From IMG/VR virus record IMGVR_UViG_3300031993_000008, positions 1 to 64,000 of that record: a DNA stretch of 64,000 nucleotides, one strand, 5' to 3'. The stretch is from a virus. Its lineage: Duplodnaviria > Caudoviricetes. The position numbers were made by a program, and so were the translations under genes. The notes beneath the pieces are model-generated. The model saw nothing but the letters and a program-made list of their open reading frames with translations. It had not been told where the DNA came from and did no database searches. Positions 9,191-18,857 of the stretch are shown one piece after another (within the stretch, counting starts at the first letter, position 1; the number at the start of each line of letters is the position of its first letter).

Positions 9191-9480
9191 TCTCCCTCCT
9201 TTTTCTCTCTCTTGTATTGTCTCAACAGGATGAAGTTGAGATCCTCTGTAATATAGTCAAAATCATTGATGAGTGCTGACATATTCGCCTCATTCAACTT
9301 TTGGGCAAACTCTGTCATCCTGTCACTATCTGATCTGTCAAAATAGAAGATACCATCAACATAATCGAATGTCTCGTCAATGATGGCATATCTGATCTCC
9401 TTGAAACCCTGTCCCAACATCACTGTTGTTGAAATGAAAAACGGATGTACAGGACTCTTTAATACTTCCGGCTTCTGCAT
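9187..9480 (-). CDS. Hypothetical protein
   Basis: ORF in gene run. Confidence 0.55.
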   Translation of the reverse strand: MQKPEVLKSPVHPFFISTTVMLGQGFKEIRYAIIDETFDYVDGIFYFDRSDSDRMTEFAQKLNEANMSALINDFDYITEDLNFILLRQYKREKKEGE

Positions 9481-9481
9481 A

Positions 9482-9682
9482 TCACCAATTACCTTTTATA
9501 TGATTAGACTTGAATGGAAACCAACCGATAGCCCAGTCTGTACCTTTCAATATGGTGACCAGGTTTCTTATCGGATTCCAATAAAAAACATACAAATATT
9601 TGCTTCCGTCTGTGGGTTTGAAATATATACCAAATCTGTCAATATGATCTATTACAAACCACTTAAACTTTGGTGCTTTCAT
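9482..9682 (-). CDS. Hypothetical protein
   Basis: ORF in gene run. Confidence 0.5.
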   Translation of the reverse strand: MKAPKFKWFVIDHIDRFGIYFKPTDGSKYLYVFYWNPIRNLVTILKGTDWAIGWFPFKSNHIKGNW

Positions 9683-9968
9683 CTTTATTCTTCTTTATAT
9701 AATAAACACTGTCCTGACCATCCACGAATTTTATCGTATCTTTATCAGGGTAATATTTGACATATACATCAACTCTCTCATCTGTCTTTTTGTTCCTGAA
9801 CAACCATCTGTATTCCTCAAAGAATCTTACTGTGAAATTGTCACAGATGTAATCCAGGTCCTCGCGAATGAATTCCAGTATGTCATCCTCCTCCTTTCCC
9901 TGACCTATCTGCTGGAGTCTTTTAAGGGTATATTCCTTCCCAAATATCTCTACTTTCCCTCCGTTCAT
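9663..9968 (-). CDS. Hypothetical protein
   Basis: ORF in gene run. Confidence 0.55.
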   Translation of the reverse strand: MNGGKVEIFGKEYTLKRLQQIGQGKEEDDILEFIREDLDYICDNFTVRFFEEYRWLFRNKKTDERVDVYVKYYPDKDTIKFVDGQDSVYYIKKNKDESTKV

Positions 9969-10152
9969 CTTTTCTGTCTTTATATATCACATCCATAAAA
10001 TAATATGTATCTGTGTCATATTCATCATATCCTTGGAATCTCTTTGAACCCTTAGGAATGACATTGATTATCTGGTCTTCATCAAGTTCATCATTGATTT
10101 TCCTGATACAGTCTTCCTCTGAATAACCTGAAAATGTCTGCATATGTATCAT
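9922..10152 (-). CDS. Hypothetical protein
   Basis: ORF in gene run. Confidence 0.5.
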   Translation of the reverse strand: MIHMQTFSGYSEEDCIRKINDELDEDQIINVIPKGSKRFQGYDEYDTDTYYFMDVIYKDRKDERRESRDIWEGIYP

Positions 10153-10772
10153 AACACTATTTCTCCTTTAAGATATTTTACAGTGAAATCCTCAAGTGAA
10201 TCAACTCTCACAATCTGCTTGCTGTTTGTCTTGGCAATAAGTTCATCCAGGACCACATCCTTGTTATAAGGTTGGGTAACAAGTACAGATGTACCACAGT
10301 GGGTACCAAGGAAGTTCCAGTCATTGTCATCAATCAAAGCATCAGCATGAACAAGAGTCTTGTCTTTCAGGAAACATATACCATTTGGTTCTATCCCATT
10401 CTTTTCCAACCACTCAAGGGTATATTTCTTGTTTGTGTAGTCTTTCTGATAAGTGACAATGACAATATCAGCAACCTCCTTCAGTTTGCATATACACTCC
10501 TTTATGTTAGGATATGCAGGTGCATCCAGGAATATCTCCTTTGCATGTATCTTGAAGAAGAAAACACTCGGGTTGATGTGAAGGATTGGCTCAACAAGAG
10601 GAAATGCCTTTTCGGCCTTATAAACCTTCAGGTCATCAACAGTCATATTCAAATTCTTTTGATATGTATTCCTGAACAATTCATTATATAAATCCACCAT
10701 AATCCCAAGATTATCTCTCAGGACACCATCAACATCAATGGCTATGGTTGGTCTCCTTTTACTTGTTTCCAT
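10149..10772 (-). CDS. HAD-family 5'(3')-deoxyribonucleotidase (NT5C-like)
   Basis: IAIDVDGVL motif I, IVIVT motif II, K, LIDD motif IV. Confidence 0.8.
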   Translation of the reverse strand: METSKRRPTIAIDVDGVLRDNLGIMVDLYNELFRNTYQKNLNMTVDDLKVYKAEKAFPLVEPILHINPSVFFFKIHAKEIFLDAPAYPNIKECICKLKEVADIVIVTYQKDYTNKKYTLEWLEKNGIEPNGICFLKDKTLVHADALIDDNDWNFLGTHCGTSVLVTQPYNKDVVLDELIAKTNSKQIVRVDSLEDFTVKYLKGEIVL

Positions 10773-10775
10773 AAC

Positions 10776-11039
10776 TTAATAAACTTGACTCAATGTAGAA
10801 AAAACTCTCTGATATACATTGTCCAGGAAATCTGAACCTATGGGTTCATAGTTGAATCCCCAGTCAATATCAGTCTTTATATCATGCATAATGTCATTTA
10901 CCTTCCACTTGGGCCACTTGAACAACTCATCCTCAAGTCTTTTTGAGAACTCCACAGTGATGACATTGTTTATATCCCCTGAAAGGGTGATTTTGACATC
11001 TTTCTTGTTTATATATTCTTTAGGTATTCTGTAACTCAT
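10776..11039 (-). CDS. Hypothetical protein
   Basis: ORF in gene run. Confidence 0.55.
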   Translation of the reverse strand: MSYRIPKEYINKKDVKITLSGDINNVITVEFSKRLEDELFKWPKWKVNDIMHDIKTDIDWGFNYEPIGSDFLDNVYQRVFSTLSQVY

Positions 11040-11040
11040 A

Positions 11041-11277
11041 TCAATCCAATGGCACTAATTTTGTAGTAACTATTATTTTCTGAAGTTCACACTTATCCCA
11101 CCTTTCAACCCTTGGTGTCATACCTACAGTCTTTTCCTCTGTAACAACAAACCATACCTGGTTAGGCATATCCTCATCCTTAACAATATCAGTTATTATC
11201 CCGTCATATCCATTCATTTCAGATCCGGCATAGACCTTCCTTCCAAGATATTTCAATTTAAGTTTTTCTATATCCAT
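11041..11277 (-). CDS. Hypothetical protein
   Basis: ORF in gene run. Confidence 0.55.
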   Translation of the reverse strand: MDIEKLKLKYLGRKVYAGSEMNGYDGIITDIVKDEDMPNQVWFVVTEEKTVGMTPRVERWDKCELQKIIVTTKLVPLD

Positions 11278-11278
11278 A

Positions 11279-11623
11279 TTACCACAATGATTTTAACATT
11301 TTTGTATAATCATTCTCAAGTTTATCCACTCTGACTGGTTGAACAGTTGTTACAAACCTTCCCAGATTGTTATATACATCATAGAATGAACAGAACTCAT
11401 GTGTATTCCTGAGTGCTTCAACATCTATAAGACAACAATCTGTCATTACCCTTGCATAACCACCCCGGCGAAGAATCCCAAGGATACAAAGTAACCACAT
11501 CATCTGCTGTCTGGATATTCTTGTATCCTTCTTGACCCTTTTTTCAACCTCACGGATCATATCTTCCTCTGTGGGTTTATTTGTCTTATTTTTACTTGCA
11601 GTTTTAATTACTGGTATGTTCAT
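11279..11623 (-). CDS. Hypothetical protein
   Basis: ORF in gene run. Confidence 0.55.
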   Translation of the reverse strand: MNIPVIKTASKNKTNKPTEEDMIREVEKRVKKDTRISRQQMMWLLCILGILRRGGYARVMTDCCLIDVEALRNTHEFCSFYDVYNNLGRFVTTVQPVRVDKLENDYTKMLKSLW

Positions 11624-11643
11624 AATTCACAATCTTACAGGAA

Positions 11644-12219
11644 TCACCACACTTTCTTGTTATCCCATTTGCCGGCAGCAACCACCTTGTCTTTGTTGAG
11701 GAAGAAATAAGTGCAGTAACCCTGGTATCTCTCAAACCATTTGTCAATATTGTTGAAGACAACAAACCATGTCATTCTACCACTGTTCCTTTCATTCTCT
11801 TCCTTCTCACCCACAATGTTGTACTCTTTCAGTTTATCAAAGAGTTCTCCAAGGGTGGGTGCTGTCAATACAATGGTGTCCTCATCAAACTTGGGGGTGT
11901 ATATGATGACAGTGTGTTCATCCAACTTGACTTCATCCCACTTTTTATAGAACTTCGTGTCACGGACTTTGTATTCCATCTTATCTCCATCTATCTTTGC
12001 CAGACAGATGTCATCAACTTCATTCTCCATTCCCGGAATGACTTCCCTTTCCTGGTTGAACTTACCATTGAAATCCTCCAATGGCCAACACTTGATGACC
12101 GGAAGATAAGACTTTGTAAATGGGTCATAATGAGGTCTGTATGCACCAACCTGTTTCTTTATCTGCTCTTCATTGTTCAGCAGCTCATCTGCCATAGAAT
12201 TTGTCAATAATATCTTCAT
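11644..12219 (-). CDS. Hypothetical protein
   Basis: 191 aa ORF. Confidence 0.65.
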   Translation of the reverse strand: MKILLTNSMADELLNNEEQIKKQVGAYRPHYDPFTKSYLPVIKCWPLEDFNGKFNQEREVIPGMENEVDDICLAKIDGDKMEYKVRDTKFYKKWDEVKLDEHTVIIYTPKFDEDTIVLTAPTLGELFDKLKEYNIVGEKEENERNSGRMTWFVVFNNIDKWFERYQGYCTYFFLNKDKVVAAGKWDNKKVW

Positions 12220-12369
12220 ACTTATGCTTTAGGTTCCAATAAACAGACACAAAAATTACCATAAAGACCAGAGAATTTTCCACACTGTTCACATATTTCC
12301 CTACTTGTCTTCACATTTGGATGGTTAGGACATTTCTCTCCATAACATATTGTAAATTTTACTCCCATA

Positions 12370-12552
12370 TCAGTACACTTCTATCTTATTTCCACACTTG
12401 GGACAGGTGATGATTTTTGCCACATATGTCTCACCGGCATAGGTACCTACATCATACCCTCTTTCCACCTTTTCAATGTCGGAATCGGAATATGTGATGT
12501 ACTTACTACAGTTCATACACTTCACAATATTTCCTTCATATATCTTTACCAT
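12370..12552 (-). CDS. Small Zn-ribbon protein
   Basis: CMNC...CPKC; resembles 949-1161 and 3677-3850. Confidence 0.65.
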   Translation of the reverse strand: MVKIYEGNIVKCMNCSKYITYSDSDIEKVERGYDVGTYAGETYVAKIITCPKCGNKIEVY

Positions 12553-12557
12553 AATTC

Positions 12558-12989
12558 TTACTCCTTATATGAGACACAATACAACTGATTCTCATCATCA
12601 GTGACATAGAACTTTGTCTCATCATCACCCACAACAACATATGCACGACTGTTGTTGGCATTGTCTATGACTATCTTATCATACTGCTTGACAACATTGT
12701 CTTCTCTCCTGATGTTGTGAATCTCTTCATTTGTGAATCTCTTTGAAGTACTGGCAAGAAGGATGTTTTCCAAACCTTTCTGTCTTGAAACCTTATAGTC
12801 CCTGTATCCTATTGGAGTTGCAGGTACCCAATTACCATTCTCATCCTCACATGATTCACTGATTTCTCTCTCATCAATGGATGGTTTCCAATCATTCAGA
12901 TAACCATACTCACCTTCTGCTATGAAAGCATCTTCATAGAGTTTCTTGTTTACTTCATTGATTTCCATAACTATTTCATTTAATGTCAT
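12558..12989 (-). CDS. Hypothetical protein
   Basis: ORF in gene run. Confidence 0.6.
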   Translation of the reverse strand: MTLNEIVMEINEVNKKLYEDAFIAEGEYGYLNDWKPSIDEREISESCEDENGNWVPATPIGYRDYKVSRQKGLENILLASTSKRFTNEEIHNIRREDNVVKQYDKIVIDNANNSRAYVVVGDDETKFYVTDDENQLYCVSYKE

Positions 12990-13405
12990 TCATACTCATC
13001 CAATATGTGCTCAAAGTCCAAATCTGCGGCAAATACTCCGAGAACCTTGTCACCCCTGTTGATGGTGACTATATGGTCATCCAGGAGGATTTCAGTTTCA
13101 AACTCACAGAGAGTAAGATGTTCCCCAGATTCACCCAATTCCTTGTAATATTCGGAATTGATGATTTCAGGTACATTCTGAACATCCATCACATACTCCT
13201 TTGACACATCATACTGGTCCTGGATGAACTCACCCAGTTTATCCCTGTCAAACTCAAACTTCTTGGGTGACACCATATTTGGATAATCACCGAAAACCGA
13301 TTCAAGAAACTTCTTGACGGGAACAGAATTCACAACTCCCTTGTAGTCCAATGACTTATCAAATCGGACATACACTACTTCAACAACATCTTCTGTCTCT
13401 TTCAT
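12986..13405 (-). CDS. Hypothetical protein
   Basis: ORF in gene run. Confidence 0.6.
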   Translation of the reverse strand: MKETEDVVEVVYVRFDKSLDYKGVVNSVPVKKFLESVFGDYPNMVSPKKFEFDRDKLGEFIQDQYDVSKEYVMDVQNVPEIINSEYYKELGESGEHLTLCEFETEILLDDHIVTINRGDKVLGVFAADLDFEHILDEYE

Positions 13406-13431
13406 AACCTAAATATAACAAATGGAGTGGT

Positions 13432-13989
13432 CTATTTGTCACTTTTTTCATATTTTTCTATCAATTTATCCAAATTTATGAACTTTACTCTTCCTGCCAT
13501 ATACTGTGAGAAAGTCACATCCACATGGTATTTTTCCCTCAATTTGATGATAATCCCATTCATTTCATCAGCACATATGGTTGAATACAGATAACCTCCC
13601 ATCTGATTGAATGCCTCCGACAAATTCTTCAATTCAGTAAGCAGATCATATATCTCCTTGTCTATGTCACACTCTTTCACATATCTCTTCACAGAGTTCC
13701 ACACATCCCTTTTCAGTGCTATCTCATCAGAACCGTCTCTCTTCCACAGATAAGACTGTTGTGAGTTCCTTTTAATGGTCTTTGAGAATGTGTCACACTT
13801 GGTACACTTTATAGTGGCATAGTATGGATCCACAATGGAGTCACCTCCACCCTGATGAAAGACATATTCAAGTTCACCCCCACAGACAGGGCATCTGCTG
13901 GCCTGGATCTCCTTGTCTATCTTCTCCGATTCCTCAAGAATCTGCAATTTCTTCTGGAGATCCTCCTTGGTATAGTTTATATCATTCAT
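13432..13989 (-). CDS. Zn-finger-containing hypothetical protein
   Basis: CPVCGG...CTKC. Confidence 0.6.
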   Translation of the reverse strand: MNDINYTKEDLQKKLQILEESEKIDKEIQASRCPVCGGELEYVFHQGGGDSIVDPYYATIKCTKCDTFSKTIKRNSQQSYLWKRDGSDEIALKRDVWNSVKRYVKECDIDKEIYDLLTELKNLSEAFNQMGGYLYSTICADEMNGIIIKLREKYHVDVTFSQYMAGRVKFINLDKLIEKYEKSDK

Positions 13990-14429
13990 TTCTTCCTTGA
14001 CTTCTGATTGATTATATTAGTAGCTTCTACGATTCTACTCATTATCTTTTTCCTCCCCTCTTCTGACATGTAATACTTGTTTCCATCCTTATCTGTCACC
14101 AATGCTTCTTTGGCAATCTCATCATTCTTTCTGGTGGTCTCCTCACATACTTTGATTCTCCTCTCAATATCTACCATTGTACTTTCAAGATCCAGTCTCT
14201 TGATGTCCTTGTTGATTTTGGCAATATATTCCTGAAGGTACCTCAATGTACACCTGTAACAAAATATGGTCATATTTATGTTTTCAAGTCTTTCAGGAGT
14301 AGGATTATACTTCTTGATATATTCCCTCAATGACCTTTGTCTTTCAGAGAATCTTTCCTCCATTTTCTTATAAAACAGATAGTCTCTCTTTGCGACCTTG
14401 ATGTCTGTGTAATTCTTATACTTTTTCAT
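13986..14429 (-). CDS. Basic coiled-coil hypothetical protein
   Basis: ORF overlapping neighbours by 4 nt. Confidence 0.55.
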   Translation of the reverse strand: MKKYKNYTDIKVAKRDYLFYKKMEERFSERQRSLREYIKKYNPTPERLENINMTIFCYRCTLRYLQEYIAKINKDIKRLDLESTMVDIERRIKVCEETTRKNDEIAKEALVTDKDGNKYYMSEEGRKKIMSRIVEATNIINQKSRKK

Positions 14430-15217
14430 ACTTTCTTATATTTGTTATAGTAATCTATCTTCTCTTGGGTGAGTTCATTATAATTATTAAAATATTCCAA
14501 TCCAACAGAATCTATCATATTGATGTGTTTTCTGACACTCTTACATTTGACAAAATCATCAATACATCCTGTAGGAAAATGCTTCAAAAAGGCATTTTTT
14601 TCATGCTTGAAAGATGCAATACCAAAAAGATGATTGGTTTCACCATCTACATTACAAATATACTTCTTATCCTTTATTGTGGGTATATGACAAGAATGAC
14701 CATAATCATCAAACCTGACTTCATTATTCTCACAGCGGACAATACTTTTCACAAATACCCAATGGGTCTTTCTATTTTCTCTGGTATATTTGTCAAGTCT
14801 GGTATTGGAACCATTGATTATAATGTCATTATCATCATAATCCTTATTAGTAACCGTTATTACATTATATCCATCATATATCTTATTACTCAAGAAATCC
14901 TTGATGTTTGATGCAGAGTTAAGTACAAGATATTCATCCGCATCAAAGAAAGCAATCCAGTCATATTCATCTTTATGATTATCCCAGCAATCCTGGTATG
15001 AAAGTATTTGAGATTTTAATGAACAATCTGTCCATTCAATTACCTCAATGAAACCACCATCAACAAAGTCATTTACCTCATCAATGATTCTTTCCTCTCC
15101 GGGTCTGTTGTTGTCATATATGAATATTTTGTCAAATCCCAGATTTTTATAATATTCAACATATTCCCTCAAATATTTGTTCTCTAACCTGGCAATCAAA
15201 CAAAGGGCAACTTTCAT
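14426..15217 (-). CDS. GT-A glycosyltransferase (GT92/GT2-like)
   Basis: CLIARLENKYLREYVEYY..LGFDKIFIYDNN; WIAFFDADEY DxD motif. Confidence 0.85.
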   Translation of the reverse strand: MKVALCLIARLENKYLREYVEYYKNLGFDKIFIYDNNRPGEERIIDEVNDFVDGGFIEVIEWTDCSLKSQILSYQDCWDNHKDEYDWIAFFDADEYLVLNSASNIKDFLSNKIYDGYNVITVTNKDYDDNDIIINGSNTRLDKYTRENRKTHWVFVKSIVRCENNEVRFDDYGHSCHIPTIKDKKYICNVDGETNHLFGIASFKHEKNAFLKHFPTGCIDDFVKCKSVRKHINMIDSVGLEYFNNYNELTQEKIDYYNKYKKV

Positions 15218-15220
15218 ATC

Positions 15221-16036
15221 TTATTTGATTTTATGTTTTATTAAATAATCTTCCTTTTCCTGATTCATCTCATTACGGTTGCGGAAGTATTGTATTCCTA
15301 TAAAATCATGCCAAACAATATGTTTCCTGACATTCTTGTATTTAACAAAGTCATCAATACATCCTGTAGGAAAATGCTTTAAAAAAGCATTCTTGGCATC
15401 TCCAGAATACCATATGCCTTTAATAAATTTATCATTATTTTCAGTATTATAAAAGACTCCATCAGCATCACAAATACATTCCTGATGTTCTATTTTTGGT
15501 ACATGGTAAGAATAATATTCCTGATCCATAAAATCAACATTATTATCCTTACATCTTATGATACTCTTTACCCAATTATCAATTTGTTTTTTCCCTATTC
15601 TTGTATATTTGTCAAGTCTGGTATTGGAATCATTGATTATAATGTCATTATCATCATAATTCACAGCTCCAACAGTTACTATATTATACCCATCATAAAT
15701 CTTATTACCCAAGAAATCCTTAATATTTGATGTATTATTAAGTACAAGGTATTCATCTGCATCAAAGAAAGCAATCCAGTCATATTCATCTTTATGATTA
15801 TCCCAGCAATCCTGGTATGATGTTCTCTGATCAGTGGAAACAAAATACTTCCAATCAATGACATCAACAAAACCATCATCAACAAAGTCTTTCACCTCAT
15901 CAATGATATTCTCTTCATCTGGTCTGTTGTTGTCATATATGAATATCTTGTCAAACCCCAGATTTCTGTAATATTCGACATACTCCCTTATATACTTATT
16001 CTCCAATCGGGCAATAAGACAAAGTGCAACTTTCAT
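15221..16036 (-). CDS. GT-A glycosyltransferase (GT92/GT2-like), tandem paralog
   Basis: Near-identical N-terminal two-thirds to 14426-15217, DADE motif. Confidence 0.85.
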   Translation of the reverse strand: MKVALCLIARLENKYIREYVEYYRNLGFDKIFIYDNNRPDEENIIDEVKDFVDDGFVDVIDWKYFVSTDQRTSYQDCWDNHKDEYDWIAFFDADEYLVLNNTSNIKDFLGNKIYDGYNIVTVGAVNYDDNDIIINDSNTRLDKYTRIGKKQIDNWVKSIIRCKDNNVDFMDQEYYSYHVPKIEHQECICDADGVFYNTENNDKFIKGIWYSGDAKNAFLKHFPTGCIDDFVKYKNVRKHIVWHDFIGIQYFRNRNEMNQEKEDYLIKHKIK

Positions 16037-16039
16037 AAG

Positions 16040-16567
16040 TTACTTGATATATTGCGGTAATACTTCCTTTGTAAGCCAGACACCATTGTTTGACAGGAAA
16101 AACTCTATCCCATCCTCTACCATCTTCTTTGCATCAATGATCAGGACCACAGGTTTTCCATGTCTCTTACCTACTGTTGCAGCAGTATTGGAATCTGCAG
16201 ACAGATGGACATAAAGTCTGGACATAGGTTTCAGACCTTCCTGGAAAATGGATTCTATAAACCTGTCAGCAGTACCATGATAAAGTATATCCGGTGGAGT
16301 TGTCGGTGTCAACCCCACATCAACAGGAATTGAATGACCCTGGCGTGCCCTGATCCTGGTATGGTCAGGAGAATACTCATACCTTGACTTGTTGTTTGTC
16401 TGTACAATCTCCTCAATAAGTTCCTCTGTGAATCCTCTTTGGGTCAGTTCAGAGATGAGCATATAACCATTTTCATCTATCTTGCCCTCATTGAAATCCT
16501 CCATACTGTGCCTGAGGATGTATGAAAGGTATTTACCTTTACTTGTTAATTCTTCTTCATGTTTCAT
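16040..16567 (-). CDS. kptA: RNA 2'-phosphotransferase Tpt1/KptA
   Basis: LSYILRH, K.RY, IRARQGHS, LYHGT, R.YVHLS, NGVWL motifs. Confidence 0.92.
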   Translation of the reverse strand: MKHEEELTSKGKYLSYILRHSMEDFNEGKIDENGYMLISELTQRGFTEELIEEIVQTNNKSRYEYSPDHTRIRARQGHSIPVDVGLTPTTPPDILYHGTADRFIESIFQEGLKPMSRLYVHLSADSNTAATVGKRHGKPVVLIIDAKKMVEDGIEFFLSNNGVWLTKEVLPQYIK

Positions 16568-16571
16568 ACTA

Positions 16572-16584
16572 CAAATATAACAAA
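16572..16584 (-). promoter_or_regulatory. Early/middle promoter motif TTTGTTATATTTG
   Basis: Contains Bacteroidota TAnnTTTG; recurs before many non-structural genes. Confidence 0.6.
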
Positions 16585-16627
16585 TAAAAGTGATAAAAAC
16601 AAAAAAGAGTAGGTTTAATTCCTACTC

Positions 16628-17209
16628 TTATTTCTTGTCTTTTACCAGGAATGCTGGATACTTATTATCTTTATTTACAATCCTTATACTGAATTTTCCT
16701 TCATTATTAAATCCATATACTTTAGGAGATCCATTCCAAAAATCATCACTTTCAAATATATCCTTTGTCCAGAATTGGTCTATGGTACTTGTCTTATCAG
16801 GAATCCCTGGAATTCTTTTGAGTTTCAGGACATTCTTTTCATCAAATACAGGGTTCTTCATGTTATTGCTGATATGAAACCATACACATCCACCTTTAAA
16901 ATCACCAAATGGTTTCAGATTATAATATCCTCTCACCCAGTTGAGTTGTTTTACTTCTTCAACAGTTGGTAGTCTCCAACCGTCACCATTGTATTTTATC
17001 CAACCGTTTATCCAATCATAGTCAAACTTTATCTCACCATCAATCTCAAGAGCACAATCTGCCCAATATACTGTGGTATCCTTTCCAAAATCAATATAAT
17101 CAGGATTATACTCATCCTCTTTCTTTATACTTTCTCCGGCACCCTTATCCAGGATACCTCCCCAAACAGATTCTTCCAGATATTCTGAACAAGTCTTTAT
17201 GACACCCAT
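16628..17209 (-). CDS. DUF1566/Lcl-like (C-type lectin fold) late protein
   Basis: IDFG..VYWA, GWRLPTVEE, FWT, terminal FLV strand; N-term IKTCSEYLEES; CATAAATA at 17232-17239. Confidence 0.6.
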   Translation of the reverse strand: MGVIKTCSEYLEESVWGGILDKGAGESIKKEDEYNPDYIDFGKDTTVYWADCALEIDGEIKFDYDWINGWIKYNGDGWRLPTVEEVKQLNWVRGYYNLKPFGDFKGGCVWFHISNNMKNPVFDEKNVLKLKRIPGIPDKTSTIDQFWTKDIFESDDFWNGSPKVYGFNNEGKFSIRIVNKDNKYPAFLVKDKK

Positions 17210-17231
17210 AATTCATATATTACATATAAAT

Positions 17232-17266
17232 TATTTATGAAAAAAAGGTGGATTCTCATCCACCTT
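17232..17266 (-). promoter_or_regulatory. Terminator hairpin plus CATAAATA late promoter
   Basis: aaggtggat-tctc-atccacctt hairpin, T-tract, CATAAATA. Confidence 0.65.
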
Positions 17267-17269
17267 CAA

Positions 17270-18172
17270 TCAAGATTCTATATTATGTTTCTTCTTAAAT
17301 TCTTCTATATATTGAAGTTTCTCATCTGTCTCATCACAATATGAAAAGAACTCCTTTATTGTATCTTCAATTTTTTCCAATTTGGGATATGCAAGGAATC
17401 CATCCTGTGTCCAAACTCTATTATATCTCCTTTCCAGATATTCCTCTATGGTCTTGGTTTTATAATGGTTCACAACACATTTATAATGAGGAAGCAAAGT
17501 ATCTACTTCAGATTTTGGAATTACATAAAAATTATGGTCATCATTAAGGCCATTAACCTTTAAACCATCTGCATATTTAACTCTATCTCCAACCAATCTG
17601 AATGTGTGTATTATATGTCTTATTGATTCATCATACACTTCCTTATTGGTTCTCACAAATGATTTAAATGCATACCATTGTCTTTTTGACAAATGTGTGA
17701 ATCTTTCTACAACAGGTCTATCCTCATAATGTAACAATCCATTGTCATCATATGTTATCCAGGGACACATTATTACATCTGCATCCTTAAACACATCATC
17801 ATTAAGGAATGACTCCAATGTATAATCAAATTTGAACTCTATAAATTCATCAACATCACAGAAAAGTACCCAATCAAATTCAGACACCCTTTCCTTATAA
17901 CACTCAATATAACATGTGTGTTGGATAGAACTTCTATATGCCTGTTCATATTTATTAACTTGTATAGAAGATGTTTCTACTCCTCTAACATCAATGACCT
18001 CAACAAAACCAGATTCAATATAATCATTTATAACCTCTTCAAATCTTTCACCATCAACATCATTGTTGTCATAAATGAATATCTTACTTACACCAAGGTT
18101 TTTGTACCACTCAACCCATTCCCTTATATAAAGGTTTTCTTTCTTTGCTATTGCACAAACTGCTACTTTCAT
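17270..18172 (-). CDS. GT-A glycosyltransferase (GT92/GT2-like), third paralog
   Basis: CAIAKKENLYIREWVEWY..LG..KIFIYDNN; WVLFCDVDEF. Confidence 0.85.
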   Translation of the reverse strand: MKVAVCAIAKKENLYIREWVEWYKNLGVSKIFIYDNNDVDGERFEEVINDYIESGFVEVIDVRGVETSSIQVNKYEQAYRSSIQHTCYIECYKERVSEFDWVLFCDVDEFIEFKFDYTLESFLNDDVFKDADVIMCPWITYDDNGLLHYEDRPVVERFTHLSKRQWYAFKSFVRTNKEVYDESIRHIIHTFRLVGDRVKYADGLKVNGLNDDHNFYVIPKSEVDTLLPHYKCVVNHYKTKTIEEYLERRYNRVWTQDGFLAYPKLEKIEDTIKEFFSYCDETDEKLQYIEEFKKKHNIES

Positions 18173-18173
18173 A

Positions 18174-18539
18174 TCAATCAATATTTATGTATAATCCATA
18201 TTTGTTACAGAAGGTATCTATCTTTTCTTTTATATAGTATCCCCACTCCTTTTCATCATTTGATGCTTCATCCATAGTTCTGGGCCAGTTTCTGTGTCTT
18301 TCCCAAATCCATCCCCGGAGTTCCTCCAATTCCTCACAATCCTTGATGAAATCTTCCCTCAATTCAGGTTTCAGAACATTACATATGAAATGAACAGCAC
18401 CTGAAATGAATGAAAGACTGTGGAGTTCAACCATCCATTTACCTTTCTCCCGATCACTCTCCTTAATATAATATTCTATGTCAAAGAGGGTTTCACCCGG
18501 TCTTTTCTCACCATAATAAATCTGATATACCATAATCAA
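18174..18539 (-). CDS. Hypothetical protein
   Basis: ORF in gene run. Confidence 0.55.
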   Translation of the reverse strand: MIMVYQIYYGEKRPGETLFDIEYYIKESDREKGKWMVELHSLSFISGAVHFICNVLKPELREDFIKDCEELEELRGWIWERHRNWPRTMDEASNDEKEWGYYIKEKIDTFCNKYGLYINID

Positions 18540-18811
18540 TCCTTCTTTTTATTTGTTAACATACTATGCAGTTCTCTCTTGAACTCGGCAGCACAATACT
18601 CGGCAGCATTTATACCATACTTCTGAAGGTCATCCATCTGTGCCTTTGTTATTTCAATACCAAGTCTCCTGGGATTCTTGTCTGCCTTTATGAGTTTCAG
18701 GTTGTCATAAACAATCCTTGTCAGTTCAACTTCAAAATCCACACCTTTCTCCTTCAATTCGGCAATATGTTCAGGAGTAGGTAAAAGTATCACCAATTTA
18801 CTATCTATCAT
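18536..18811 (-). CDS. Hypothetical protein
   Basis: ORF after TTTGTTATATTT motif at 18836-18847. Confidence 0.6.
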   Translation of the reverse strand: MIDSKLVILLPTPEHIAELKEKGVDFEVELTRIVYDNLKLIKADKNPRRLGIEITKAQMDDLQKYGINAAEYCAAEFKRELHSMLTNKKKD

Positions 18812-18857
18812 ATCTATATATATTTCTTATAGACTAAATATAACAAAAAAGAGAAAC

